Shown here: in pieces, positions 8,137-18,078 of the stretch
Layout of the letters: every line of letters starts with the position of its first letter
How positions within the stretch are numbered: position 1 is the stretch's first letter
Assembly: GCA_024763435.1 (NCBI GenBank)
Contig: JANTFN010000003.1
Location: forward strand, 1 to 32,151
Length of the DNA: 32,151 bases
Direction of reading: 5' to 3'
From: Thermodesulfobacteriota bacterium
GTDB taxonomy: Bacteria > Desulfobacterota > S145-22
Program-made: the position numbers and the translations under genes
Notes under the pieces: model-generated
Told to the model about the DNA's origin: nothing
Seen by the model: the letters and a program-made list of their open reading frames with translations, nothing else
Database searches by the model: none

Positions 8137-9033
8137 ATGAATAGAGAAGAATCCGCGATATTATCAGGCAGGCGTTTGATTGAAAATGGAATTCTGAAGA
8201 AATATCAGGAATGTGACCTTGCCGGATACCACTTTATTTTGCGGGATACTGCTGTTTCTTACACGCGCTTTCTATCTGAAATCCTATCTGAGATCACAAC
8301 GGGTCGAATTAAAAATAAAGGGGTGAGGCCCGTTGCCGCCGGAAGGGAACGCGTTTTTTTTATTACCCTTCCGGATGGTGAAGAGGTCGTGATTCGTCCC
8401 TACCGCCATGGCGGAATATTTGGCGCGGTTTCAGGGAGTAATTTTCATGATCCCGCGCGTTTTATTTCAGAACTTGCTGTAACAGAAAAGGCCCGGGTGT
8501 TGAAAATTACAGCGCTGGAACCTGTTGGAATAGGCTATGTTCAGTCAAAGTGGGGTTTTTGGGGAGTCTGGATGAGCAGGCGTTTAAAGGAAAGCTGTAA
8601 TCTCCAGATATGGATGCGGGCGTTTCCGCCCTCATCTTCAGTGATTTTTCAGGTTGCGGAAACCATTGGTAAAATGCATCAAGCTGGAATCAGTCATCCG
8701 GATCTTACGGTTCAGAATATTATGGTTATGCCTGATTCCCGGCATCAGCCCACTGTTTCCATTATCGATTTTGATGGCGCCATAATGCGTGCCCCCCTTT
8801 CAGCCACGACATGCATGCGACAGTTGCGGAGGTTGGACCGGTCATTTTTGAAATGGATTCCGGAAACGTCGTCCTGGCAGAAACCCATAATTCGGCTTCG
8901 GTTTGCCGTGGCGTATTGTCAATTTAACCCCGAGATACGCCCTTTGATGGAAAATTATTTAAGAAAAATAAGGCAGTATATGCTCCGCTACCGTGTGGGC
9001 TGGCGGCTTCAAAAAATCCTCAAGGGGGGCTGA
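8137..9033 (+). CDS. Lipopolysaccharide/Kdo kinase family protein (KdkA/WaaP-like)
   Basis: GR...F, R.Y.HGG, MH.AGI.H.DL...NI, IIDFD, RL.RS..K. Confidence 0.82.
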   Translation: MNREESAILSGRRLIENGILKKYQECDLAGYHFILRDTAVSYTRFLSEILSEITTGRIKNKGVRPVAAGRERVFFITLPDGEEVVIRPYRHGGIFGAVSGSNFHDPARFISELAVTEKARVLKITALEPVGIGYVQSKWGFWGVWMSRRLKESCNLQIWMRAFPPSSSVIFQVAETIGKMHQAGISHPDLTVQNIMVMPDSRHQPTVSIIDFDGAIMRAPLSATTCMRQLRRLDRSFLKWIPETSSWQKPIIRLRFAVAYCQFNPEIRPLMENYLRKIRQYMLRYRVGWRLQKILKGG

Positions 9034-9043
9034 ACACCCCTTT

Positions 9044-9676
9044 TCAAATGGTTTTGTGCCAAGATAGAAAATTTTTTACCAGGTTTATTTCTTTTCCAGC
9101 CCAGAAATGATCGGTTCCGGCGAAGGGAATCAAGGTAACCTCGCGGCCGCTATTTTCGAGTTTTGAGCGCAGGATTGAAAGGCTGCAATAGGCATCGGCA
9201 TCGCCGGCCATGATGAGATGGGGAACGGAGATAGTGGGTGAAAAATCGAAGGGGATCATTGAAACAGGGGGTGAAACAAGACAAACCCCTTTCACCGACT
9301 CGGGGAGAGGGCCAAGGCGATGGATGACATAAGCGCCGAAGGAATATCCAATCAACAAAAACGGGGTGTCTTTGTACCCCTGTTTTACAAGAAAGGCAAG
9401 GGCGCCCAGGATATCCTGCGTTTCTCCAAACCCTTCTTCATGGCGGCCTTCACTAACTCCCACCCCTCGGAAATTGAATCGGAACGTCAGGAGTCCGCGT
9501 TGTGGCAGGTGTTTCCAGAATGCCTCGATAACAGCGGTATACATATCGCCACCATAAAGCGGATGCGGGTGGCACAGGACGCAGACGCCTTTGGGAGGCC
9601 CGTCAGGTTTATTCAGTTCCCCGACGAGCGAGAGGCCGTCGATACTCTTAAAAATAACCTTCTGTTTGCTTTCCAT
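9044..9676 (-). CDS. Alpha/beta-fold hydrolase
   Basis: CHPHPLYGG.M, RFNFRGVG.S.G, GYSFG nucleophile elbow, G..D, DHF; start set at MESKQ because the longer start runs through a hairpin. Confidence 0.9.
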   Translation of the reverse strand: MESKQKVIFKSIDGLSLVGELNKPDGPPKGVCVLCHPHPLYGGDMYTAVIEAFWKHLPQRGLLTFRFNFRGVGVSEGRHEEGFGETQDILGALAFLVKQGYKDTPFLLIGYSFGAYVIHRLGPLPESVKGVCLVSPPVSMIPFDFSPTISVPHLIMAGDADAYCSLSILRSKLENSGREVTLIPFAGTDHFWAGKEINLVKNFLSWHKTI

Positions 9677-9692
9677 AATGCCGCGGAGATCT

Positions 9693-9720
9693 TGAGCCGG
9701 GGAAAAATTTCTCCGGCTCA
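9693..9720 (-). terminator. GC-rich hairpin downstream of the HD-GYP gene
   Basis: TGAGCCGG-GGAAAAATTTCT-CCGGCTCA inverted repeat; no clear U-tract. Confidence 0.4.
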
Positions 9721-9740
9721 GGCGTATCAAGGCCGACCAT

Positions 9741-10916
9741 TTATCCCTTTATAAGGCCTTCCTGCATAATAAGTCCGAGGTTCTGTTTTCCTTCTGTTGC
9801 CTTGATAAGCCTTTCGTATCTCCCCTTGGGGCCAAGAAAAAGGACAAATTGTTCAAACAGCGCGGGCTCGAAGGCGTCTTCCAGGGCGAGATCCACTTCA
9901 ACCTCCGTGCCCGCAGTGACATACCCCCCAAACCTCAGGTTGTAATCAGACTGGAATTCCTGCATTTTCATCAGGGCGTCATAGGGGCTGTAGGCACGCT
10001 GATAATAACGAACCGTCGTGAGGGCATCAAAGGAATCCATAAGCATCGCGATCTTACTGAAAAAGTGAAGGTCTTTGCCTGTTAAACCCAGGGGATAGCC
10101 GGTTCCGTTACAGCGTTCGTGGTGCTGAAGAATCATCTTGGCGGCACCTTCAGGGATGGGTTTTCCGTTTAGAACCTCTATCCCCCATTCCGGATGTTTG
10201 CGCATAATTGCCCATTCTTCTTCTGTCAGGGGACCGCGTTTTTTGAGAATTTCTTCTCCCACCTTCACTTTTCCCAAGTCGTGCAGAATAGCGCCCATGC
10301 CCAACTCTTTCAACTGTTCTTCGTTCAATCCGATGTAGGACCCGAAAAGGAGAGAAAGGACCGCGACGTTCACGCAATGGGTATAGGTATAATAGTCGAT
10401 AGAGAGCACGTCTATAAGGGAAAAAGCCGCGTCTGGACGCTGGGTGATATAGGAAATAATATTTTGAACAAAATCAGTTGCGCGTTGGATGTTATTTCCT
10501 GATCTTGGGTCATCCAGGAGATCCACAGTCAAATTTACCGCGGTCTCATAAACAAGTTCCTGCTTTTCTTCGCGCCGGAGCCCTGGGACGTTGCGATTTA
10601 AAAGATCATGAAGTTGCCCCTCCACATATTGCAGATAGGACTTATATTCTTTGCGCTTAACGTAGAGCTTCTTGGAAAGAGATTCAACTCTTTTAAGATG
10701 AGATGCGTTGAGCGTCATGGTTTTCCCCCGGTAGAGGACATACCGGGGGATATCGTAGCTGTCGCGATGAAAGATATAGATGTCGAAATCACGTATTCTG
10801 CTTGGATTCAGGGTCCATGATTTGATCCCGACAAATTTTTTTGGTGTCGTGATCGTTTCAATATATGGGTGATGTTTCTTTATCGATTTTGACACGGGTC
10901 GAACCACACCTCTCAA
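9741..10916 (-). CDS. HD-GYP domain protein (putative cyclic dinucleotide phosphodiesterase)
   Basis: YTYTHCVNV, LHDLGK, L.K.G.LT.EEW..M..HP, HHER.NG.GYP; start codon uncertain. Confidence 0.92.
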   Translation of the reverse strand: MRGVVRPVSKSIKKHHPYIETITTPKKFVGIKSWTLNPSRIRDFDIYIFHRDSYDIPRYVLYRGKTMTLNASHLKRVESLSKKLYVKRKEYKSYLQYVEGQLHDLLNRNVPGLRREEKQELVYETAVNLTVDLLDDPRSGNNIQRATDFVQNIISYITQRPDAAFSLIDVLSIDYYTYTHCVNVAVLSLLFGSYIGLNEEQLKELGMGAILHDLGKVKVGEEILKKRGPLTEEEWAIMRKHPEWGIEVLNGKPIPEGAAKMILQHHERCNGTGYPLGLTGKDLHFFSKIAMLMDSFDALTTVRYYQRAYSPYDALMKMQEFQSDYNLRFGGYVTAGTEVEVDLALEDAFEPALFEQFVLFLGPKGRYERLIKATEGKQNLGLIMQEGLIKG

Positions 10917-11003
10917 ATTATTTCATATTAGTTTAAATTTATACACCTGAAAAAAACAAAACGCAACCTTAAAAATTTTTTGTGTCGCGGTTTTCAAGGG
11001 AAC

Positions 11004-11031
11004 AGGTAAAAGGTAAAAGGTAAAAGGTAAA
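11004..11031. repeat. Tandem heptamer (AGGTAAA)x4
   Basis: Four exact copies in the divergent intergenic region. Confidence 0.95.
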
Positions 11032-11126
11032 AGACAGAAGACACCATGATAGCAGATGTCGATAATCAGTATTTATGTGTTATATGGAATATAAGTTATT
11101 TTTTAGGATTATTTAAGATAATTTTC

Positions 11127-11155
11127 TTGACAAACAAGCGGGGGACTGTTATTAA
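11127..11155 (+). promoter_or_regulatory. Putative sigma70 promoter of the regulator-porin-binding protein operon
   Basis: Perfect TTGACA, then 17 nt to TATTAA preceded by TGn; ATG 11162 follows with no SD. Confidence 0.5.
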
Positions 11156-11161
11156 AGCTAC

Positions 11162-12073
11162 ATGAACAAGGAAATGATGACAACCCGGGATGTGGCGCTT
11201 TATCTTGGCCTGAATGAGAAAAAGATTTACCAGCTCGCGAAAAACAGGGAAATTCCCGCGGCGCGGGTCGGCGGAAAGTGGATTTTTCCCCGCAGCCTGA
11301 TTGACCAGTGGATACATGAAGGCGCGGAGAAGAACCTGAAGGCTGTTGAACCGGAACTTCATCCGCCTCTCTCTGTCATGGGGAGCAATGACATGGCCTG
11401 GGATATCCTCAGCCATATCCTGAAAAACTCGCCTTATAATCTTTTAATTTCCCGCGCGGATGTTGGGAGTGCAGGCGGACTGGTGGCCCTAAACCACAAA
11501 ATGGCTCAGGTTGCCGGGGTACACCTTTTCGACCCGGAAACAGGAACTTATAATATTCCGTTTCTAAAGGATTATCTCCCGGGGAAAAAAATATCTGTGG
11601 TAAACCTTTTTTACCGGGAGCAGGGGCTGATGGCCAGAAAGGGGAATCCGCTGTCTATACAAGGGGTTGAAGACCTTCAGCGGCCGGATGTCCAGTTTAT
11701 CAATCGTCAGAAAGGATCTGGAACGCGGTTGCTTCTGGATTCAACTTTAAAAAAATTAAAGATTGATCCCGCTCAAATCAGGGGATACCTTCGCGAGGTT
11801 GACACACACATGGCTGTCGCGCTGGAAATTATTCGCGGCAAGGCAGATGTTGGAATGGGAATATTTGCCGCGGCACGGGCCCTTGATCTCTATTTTATCT
11901 CCATAAAAAACGAGCGCTATGACCTTGTTATTCCCGGGGAATATATCCAGACCCCGATGGTTGAAATCCTTCTGCATGTGATTAAAACACCGGAATTCCG
12001 GGAAGCCCTTTTGGGATTGGGGGGATATGACCTCAAAGAAACAGGGAAAATAATCTGGGAGGGTATTGTATGA
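11162..12073 (+). CDS. Excisionase-type HTH + molybdate/tungstate PBP-domain transcriptional regulator (TaoR-like architecture)
   Basis: N-terminal MTT.DVA.YL....KIY.L.....IPA.RVGGKW.F; C-terminal GSND, VGS.GGL, AG.HL, REQGL, FINRQ.GSGTR, E.YDL, L.GYD. Confidence 0.9.
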   Translation: MNKEMMTTRDVALYLGLNEKKIYQLAKNREIPAARVGGKWIFPRSLIDQWIHEGAEKNLKAVEPELHPPLSVMGSNDMAWDILSHILKNSPYNLLISRADVGSAGGLVALNHKMAQVAGVHLFDPETGTYNIPFLKDYLPGKKISVVNLFYREQGLMARKGNPLSIQGVEDLQRPDVQFINRQKGSGTRLLLDSTLKKLKIDPAQIRGYLREVDTHMAVALEIIRGKADVGMGIFAAARALDLYFISIKNERYDLVIPGEYIQTPMVEILLHVIKTPEFREALLGLGGYDLKETGKIIWEGIV

Positions 12074-13461
12074 TTGGAAAGGGAAATAATGCCGGAAAAA
12101 CCGGGAGGCTTTATGTACTTATAACGGGCTTGATTATAGCTTTGATGTTGGCCTCTCCCCTTTCGGCAAAAACGCCCAAGCTGACTTTTGGCGCGGAAGT
12201 TCGATTCAGGGGTGAATCCCTGGACAACTTTAATCTGGCGTTCTATGGCCCCAATCCTTCCAAAGGCAAGTCCCATGATCAATTTCTTCTCGGAAGGTTC
12301 CGTGCCGGGTTTGATTATACGCCCAACCAGGTCATTCATCTCGCCTTATGGGGACAGGATGCCCGGGAATGGGGGTATGGGTTTAAAGATAAGGATTTTT
12401 ACAATCCTGTCTTCGGAACGCAACATAACCCCTTTAAAGATGAATTTGAACTCTGGAATACCTATCTGGAGGTAAAAAAACCTTTTGACTGGCCTCTTGC
12501 GGTGAAGGCCGGGAGACAACGGATTTTTTACGGGGACAAACGCGTTTTTGGCCCAGGGCAGTGGGGGAATTCAGGAAAATGGATATGGGACGCGGTTAAG
12601 ATGTCGTTTTTTATTCCGAAGGGGTTTGTGGATGTCTATTATGGGCGTACCATGATCCACCAGCCGACAGAGTTTAGCTTGAATCATCGCCATGGCTTCG
12701 AATCCATCGGGACCTATGCCCACATCACCCTCCCCAAAAGCATGGGGGAGATTGGCGTGGAACCCTTTGCCATGACGAAATACGACAGCCATGACCATTA
12801 CAAGGGAGAAGATGGACGTTACGGAGACCTGAACGCCGCCTACGCGGGGATGCGGGTATTCAAAAAGAATCTCCGAGGATTTGATCTTGATGCCACTTAT
12901 GTGCGGGAGTTTGGAAAGTTAGCCAATGATACAATCCAGGCGTATGGGTATCATCTACTCGCGGCCTACACCGTTACATCCTGTCCCTGGCGCCCGCGGG
13001 TCAGCCTCGAGTATTCGGTTGGATCAGGAGATAAAAATCCGAAGGATGGCACCCGTGGATCCTTCGACGGGGCCTTTGGAGCGCGGGATAAGATGTATGG
13101 ACGGATGAATCTCTTTAAATGGCGGAATATCAGAGACGCTCAGATTAATTTGGAGCTATGGCCGCAAAAGTGGAAATGGTTCTATATCAAAGCGGAGTTC
13201 CATAAGTTCTGGCTGGATGAGGAAAAGGATGGTTGGTCTTTAAACCCGAAACTTTACAGAGACAAAACGGGAAACTCCGGGAATGAAGTGGGCCGGGAGG
13301 TTGACATCGTCTTCAGGTTTAATCTCCCCAAGGGGCACCAGATTCAGGCGGGATATGGCCATTTCTGGCCCGATGAATTTGTCAAAAAACTGGCCTCCAA
13401 CAAACAGGCAGATTGGTTTTTTATTCAGTGGCAATATAAATTTAACTGGAAAATACTATAG
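12070..13461 (+). CDS. Alginate-export (AlgE)-family outer-membrane beta-barrel
   Basis: Signal peptide; R.R.E, QDAR, K.GRQ...YGD.R..G...W.N, SGD, G.EVD, aromatic C-terminal beta-strand. Confidence 0.85.
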   Translation: MIGKGNNAGKTGRLYVLITGLIIALMLASPLSAKTPKLTFGAEVRFRGESLDNFNLAFYGPNPSKGKSHDQFLLGRFRAGFDYTPNQVIHLALWGQDAREWGYGFKDKDFYNPVFGTQHNPFKDEFELWNTYLEVKKPFDWPLAVKAGRQRIFYGDKRVFGPGQWGNSGKWIWDAVKMSFFIPKGFVDVYYGRTMIHQPTEFSLNHRHGFESIGTYAHITLPKSMGEIGVEPFAMTKYDSHDHYKGEDGRYGDLNAAYAGMRVFKKNLRGFDLDATYVREFGKLANDTIQAYGYHLLAAYTVTSCPWRPRVSLEYSVGSGDKNPKDGTRGSFDGAFGARDKMYGRMNLFKWRNIRDAQINLELWPQKWKWFYIKAEFHKFWLDEEKDGWSLNPKLYRDKTGNSGNEVGREVDIVFRFNLPKGHQIQAGYGHFWPDEFVKKLASNKQADWFFIQWQYKFNWKIL

Positions 13462-13543
13462 GGCTGAGGACTGAGAAAAACACGCATCCGAATCACCTGT
13501 TAACACTTATGAATGCATTATAATGAGAGGGAGATATTGTAAA

Positions 13544-15346
13544 ATGGAAAGATTACGCGTGAAACACAGTTGGTTGATTTTGTTTATTATTGGAGGTGTT
13601 CTTTTTTTAAATTCCATGGCGTTTGCGCAGGGTAAACCCACTGCTGTTTATGGCGAAGGACAGGCGAGTTTTGTGGTGGCCACGGGCAGCCCGGGGGCGC
13701 TGGGATTGCTCAAGGCCCTGGCAGAACCGTTCTGCAAGGCGAATAACTGTCGCTTGATATGGTTCAAGAAGGGGAGCGGCGCTTCCCTTGCCTTTATGAA
13801 GAAGGGAAAATGCGACGTGATTATGGTCCATGCCCCCGCGGCGGAGAAAAAGGCGGTGGCCGAAGGCTGGGCGGTCCATCGCACGCTCCTTGGCGCGAAT
13901 GAGTTTTTTATTGTGGGCCCGAAATCGGATCCCGCCGGGATCCGAAAGGCCAGATCGGCCAAGGAAGCCTACGCGATGATCGCGAAGGCAAAAGCGACCT
14001 TCTTCTCCAGGGGTGACAATTCCGGGACCAACAAACGGGAACTGAAGATATGGAAATGGGCGGGAATCAAGCCCTCGGGTCGCTGGTATGTCATTACGCA
14101 TGGATTTATGGGGCCGACCCTGATGCGCGCGGATAAAGAAATGGGATATTTTATGACGGATAACAGCACTTACTATGTTAAAAAAGCGAAATTGGAACGC
14201 ATGGTGCCGCTGTTCAAGGGAGACCCCATCCTGACGAACGTTTATCACGCCCTGATACCGAATTCCGAGAAATACCCCAAACGAAATACCAAACTGGCCC
14301 TCAAATTTATTACGTTTGTTGCCTCCCCGACCGGCCAGAAAATCATTCACACCTTTGGGGAGAAAAGATATGGCCGTCCGCTTTACCGGGACGCGTCGGT
14401 CGCGAAAGAATTGGAAAAAAACCTGGGAGGCATGCCCGGGGCCGCGAAAATCAAGGGAAAGGTAATTATCTTTCACGCGGGTAGTTTGACTCTCCCCTTA
14501 CTCATGATGGAAAAGGCCTTTGAGAAAAGCCATCCCGGGGTGGATATTGTCCGGGAAGCGGCGGGCAGTCGGACCTGTGCCCGAAAAATTGTGGATTTGA
14601 AGCGTCCCTGTGACCTGATGTTCTCGGCCGATGATTCCGTTATCGACAAATTTCTCGTTCCCGCCCATGCCAATTTCAACATCCGTTTCGCGAGCAACCA
14701 GATTGTCCTGTGTTATACAAACCAAAGCCGTTTTCATGACAAACTGACGGCTAAGAACTGGTACAAGATACTTCTCGACAAAAAGGTCATCTGGGGGCAG
14801 GCGGACCCGAATGCCGATCCCTGTGGATACCGCGCCCTGATGGTTATGCAGCTCGCCGAAAAATATTATAAAATAAAGGGATTATACAAGGCGCTTCTGG
14901 CGAATCGCCCCCTCAGAAACGTCCGGCCGAAATCTGTGGAATTGATTGTCTTGCTCCAGACGGGCGACATGGATTACGCGTGGGAGTACCGCTCCGTGGC
15001 CGTCCAGCATAAACTGAAATTCCTCTCGCTCCCTGAAAAAATCAATCTGGGAAGCACCGATGATAACGATTTTTACAAACAGGCGGCGGTTGAAATATCG
15101 GGGAAAAAACCGGGGGCCAAAATAAAAAAAATCGGCAAGGCCATTACCTACGGCGCTACGCTCCTGAAAAAAACGAAAAATAAGGCCGCCGCACTGGCCT
15201 TTCTAAATTTTGTTCTTAACCCGGACAAGGGATTGAAAATTCTGAAAAAGATGGGACAGCCCCCTGTCGTTCCGGCATGGGTCACATCCAAAGCGATGAA
15301 ACAGAAGATTCCAGCACAGTTACGGCAGTGGGTTGTGGTTAAATAA
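13544..15346 (+). CDS. Fused periplasmic tungstate/molybdate-binding protein: TupA-like domain + WtpA-like domain
   Basis: N-half [36 protein letters not shown] (TupA-like); C-half [38 protein letters not shown] (WtpA-like); one signal peptide. Confidence 0.88.
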   Translation: MERLRVKHSWLILFIIGGVLFLNSMAFAQGKPTAVYGEGQASFVVATGSPGALGLLKALAEPFCKANNCRLIWFKKGSGASLAFMKKGKCDVIMVHAPAAEKKAVAEGWAVHRTLLGANEFFIVGPKSDPAGIRKARSAKEAYAMIAKAKATFFSRGDNSGTNKRELKIWKWAGIKPSGRWYVITHGFMGPTLMRADKEMGYFMTDNSTYYVKKAKLERMVPLFKGDPILTNVYHALIPNSEKYPKRNTKLALKFITFVASPTGQKIIHTFGEKRYGRPLYRDASVAKELEKNLGGMPGAAKIKGKVIIFHAGSLTLPLLMMEKAFEKSHPGVDIVREAAGSRTCARKIVDLKRPCDLMFSADDSVIDKFLVPAHANFNIRFASNQIVLCYTNQSRFHDKLTAKNWYKILLDKKVIWGQADPNADPCGYRALMVMQLAEKYYKIKGLYKALLANRPLRNVRPKSVELIVLLQTGDMDYAWEYRSVAVQHKLKFLSLPEKINLGSTDDNDFYKQAAVEISGKKPGAKIKKIGKAITYGATLLKKTKNKAAALAFLNFVLNPDKGLKILKKMGQPPVVPAWVTSKAMKQKIPAQLRQWVVVK

Positions 15347-15366
15347 GATACAGGAGTAAACCAAAC

Positions 15367-16701
15367 CTATCGTCTTCGTAATACCGTGAAGGTTTCGATG
15401 TGAAATGTCTGCGGAAACATGTCAACAGGAATGACAGACCGGACATCATAGACTGCGGGGGAGAGCATCTTCAAATCACGGGCGTGCGTCATGGGGTCAC
15501 AGGAAACATAAACGATGGTTTCAGGACGCTTGTCTGACGCGGTTAGCAATTTGGCTATTTCCAGCGCCCCGGTTCTTGGTGGGTCCATGACCAGGATATC
15601 ATAGGGAGGTTGTTCCTTGTGCTGAAGATGTTTGCGAAGGAAATCACCCGCGTCGGCACAGATAAACCGGGCCGAATGAATGCCATTTGTAGCGGCATTT
15701 TGCCGGGCCATTTTGATGGCAGACTGCGTGCTGTCTATACCGGTTACCCGTCCCCCCTTCAGGGCAATCGGGAGAGAAAAGTTTCCCATCCCGCAGTAAA
15801 GATCGAGAACCTTCTTTTTGCAGGATGATGCCCCGTTATCTTCGATGATTTTTGTTAGGAGAGCCGTAAGACGCCGGTTTTGAGCCAAATTAACCTGTGA
15901 AAATCCGCCTGGAGGAACCGTAAGCTTTAAAGCGTTATCTGCCATTGGCTGAAGGGCTACTTTGCCTGCCCCTGCGAGGAGCGTAGGTGCCCCGTTGCAG
16001 CGCGTATCCACCCATAATGAGAATCCTCCCCGCTCTGCGAGAGTGGCAACTTCCTGAAGGGCGTCCTGTGTAGAATCTGTTCGTCGAGATGCCCCGGGCC
16101 GAAACCGGAGAATTACCCGCGGGGTTCCATTGTCCCCCACTTCCAGAAGAAGTTCTTTGCCCATGCGTGAGAGAGGACGCGCTGTCAAGACTTTTTGAAT
16201 GTTACTCAGGATATTATTCAATCGGGGGTCGAGTAAGGGGCAGCGCTCAATAGGGATGATTCGATGGCTCCTGTTTCGATAAAAGCCCACGCCTTCCTTC
16301 CCCCAGGCCAGGCGTGCCCGTGCCCGGTAATGCCAGGGAGAGGGAGATGGCAGTATCGGGGCCACCCGCTCCGCGGGAATGGATGCTGTCTTCGCAAAAA
16401 TTTCGGCGACAATCTTGTGTTTCCAGTGCCCTTGTTTCCTGTAATGAATATGCTGCCACTGGCACCCCCCGCATCGGCCGAAATCAGGACAAGGCGGAGC
16501 TACTCTGTCGGGAGAGGGGGATAAGACCTCCAAAAGCCGTCCCTGAATGAAGTGTTTTTTCTCCTGGGCCGTTTCCCACGAAATAATGTCGCCGGGCGCG
16601 GTAAAAGGGACAAAAACAGCCTTTCCGCCCCAATGCCCCAGGCCGCTTCCCCGATAGATCAGTTTCTCAATTTTCAGGCTTTTTTGACGGGCTGCTTTCA
16701 T
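15367..16701 (-). CDS. rlmD: 23S rRNA (uracil-5)-methyltransferase, RlmD/RumA family
   Basis: TRAM domain, C..F..CGGCQWQH Fe-S motif, F.QVN, LDLYCG.GNF, DPPR.G, YVSCDP.T.ARD, DMFPQT.HIE. Confidence 0.9.
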   Translation of the reverse strand: MKAARQKSLKIEKLIYRGSGLGHWGGKAVFVPFTAPGDIISWETAQEKKHFIQGRLLEVLSPSPDRVAPPCPDFGRCGGCQWQHIHYRKQGHWKHKIVAEIFAKTASIPAERVAPILPSPSPWHYRARARLAWGKEGVGFYRNRSHRIIPIERCPLLDPRLNNILSNIQKVLTARPLSRMGKELLLEVGDNGTPRVILRFRPGASRRTDSTQDALQEVATLAERGGFSLWVDTRCNGAPTLLAGAGKVALQPMADNALKLTVPPGGFSQVNLAQNRRLTALLTKIIEDNGASSCKKKVLDLYCGMGNFSLPIALKGGRVTGIDSTQSAIKMARQNAATNGIHSARFICADAGDFLRKHLQHKEQPPYDILVMDPPRTGALEIAKLLTASDKRPETIVYVSCDPMTHARDLKMLSPAVYDVRSVIPVDMFPQTFHIETFTVLRRR

Positions 16702-16930
16702 CTCTTTTGGATATTACCACAAAATGGCCCCGGCGGGTAAATCCGTTGCGCCTGGGAGCGAATTTTCAGCTCAGCTATGTGCGATATATTTGCTGTTCTT
16801 TCAACCTGTAAAAATTTATGCGCCGTAAACCTTGTTTTTTGTCTTGGATTTCTATACGCTATCAATACTAACAGCAGTCAGGAGCTGCTTAACCCGTATT
16901 GCGAAGGGATGAAAGGCAAGGGAGGTTAAA

Positions 16931-17932
16931 ATGCTTATTATTATTTTTGGATTCTTGTTCGGTGCGGTGTTGCAATACGCAAGACTCAATAAATTCGATG
17001 TCATCAGCGGCATGGCTACCCTCGATGATTATGCCGTGGCCAAGGCCATCGCTTTTGCCATTGGGCTGGGGGCCATCCTGATCAATATTGAGATCGGGCT
17101 GGGTCTTGCCGCCTACCATGTAAAACCCATGGTTCTGGGTGGTATTATGATAGGTGGCATCATCTTTGGAATCGGCATGGCTATTCTGGGATACTGCCCC
17201 GGGACGCTTGCTATCTCCCTCGGCGAAGGTGCTATGGACGCGTTGCTTGGCGTGGTTGGCGGGCTCCTGGGAGGGTTGGTTTATACACTTGTACTGCCTT
17301 TCATAAAACCCATTCTGGGCCCGAACCTGGGGAAAATTTCCCTGAATTCTCTTATGGGGGCGGGTATAGCCTTCTACATTGTTGCCATTATTGTCGGCCT
17401 CATTTTTATGGCCATTGCGTTCTGGCTGAACGCGATTGAAAAAGCAAGAAATAACAAATGGTTATATTCAGGAATTGGTCTGGCTATTCTGGAGGTCATC
17501 ATCTTTTCAAAGGCAACGACCAATCGTCCTATCGGTGCTTCCACCATGTATCCTTATCTCGCAGATCTCTTGTCCAGTGTAACGCATAATGCCTATTTTG
17601 CCAAAATTCAGATCCCGGGATACTGGGAATTTAAATTTCTAATAGGATCTTTCCTTGCCGGCTTCGTTGGCTCTCTTGTGAGGAGGGATTTCAAAGTGGT
17701 GTTGATTCACGAGCGCTGGAAACAAAACAAGGGGACTTCCAGCATCCAGAGAGTTATCTGGTCTTTTATCGGTGGTTTTATTCTGATTTTCGGCGCCAGA
17801 ATGGCCGGGGGTTGCACGAGCGGGCACGTCCTGTCCGGCGGCATGCAGCTGGCCATCAGCAGCCTGGTTTTCGGCGTCTTCGTTTTCGCGGGATTACTTG
17901 TGACGGGCAAGCTGTTTTATAAAAAGCCCTGA
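16931..17932 (+). CDS. YeeE/YedE-family sulfur-compound (thiosulfate) transporter, two modules in one chain
   Basis: GG..FG.GM...GYCPGT and FGARMAGGCTSGH motifs, many TM helices; GGAGG SD. Confidence 0.88.
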   Translation: MLIIIFGFLFGAVLQYARLNKFDVISGMATLDDYAVAKAIAFAIGLGAILINIEIGLGLAAYHVKPMVLGGIMIGGIIFGIGMAILGYCPGTLAISLGEGAMDALLGVVGGLLGGLVYTLVLPFIKPILGPNLGKISLNSLMGAGIAFYIVAIIVGLIFMAIAFWLNAIEKARNNKWLYSGIGLAILEVIIFSKATTNRPIGASTMYPYLADLLSSVTHNAYFAKIQIPGYWEFKFLIGSFLAGFVGSLVRRDFKVVLIHERWKQNKGTSSIQRVIWSFIGGFILIFGARMAGGCTSGHVLSGGMQLAISSLVFGVFVFAGLLVTGKLFYKKP

Positions 17933-18078
17933 AAACACATGGGGTGACTTAATTCTTGCAAAAGGCTTCTTGTGTTTCCGCGGATCTTCAGGGGTTTATG
18001 TTGCTTCAGTGTTTAACCGGCGTCCCTCTTTTTTACTGTCCGGCAGCTTGACAGCGACACAAATTCAGCCTATTTATT

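Noticed and set aside
9022-9042. AAGGGG...CCCCTT hairpin between convergent genes
   Set aside because: Short stem overlapping the coding end; too weak to call a terminator
11162-11330. Excisionase-like domain as sign of a prophage or ICE
   Set aside because: Fused to a PBP domain as in metal-responsive regulators; no integrase or phage genes
12070-13461. Alginate biosynthesis locus
   Set aside because: No other alg genes; context is oxyanion binding
13607-14476. 289-aa antisense ORF (also 29820-30527, 19804-20370, 5869-6405)
   Set aside because: Shadows of well-supported genes with no recognisable motifs
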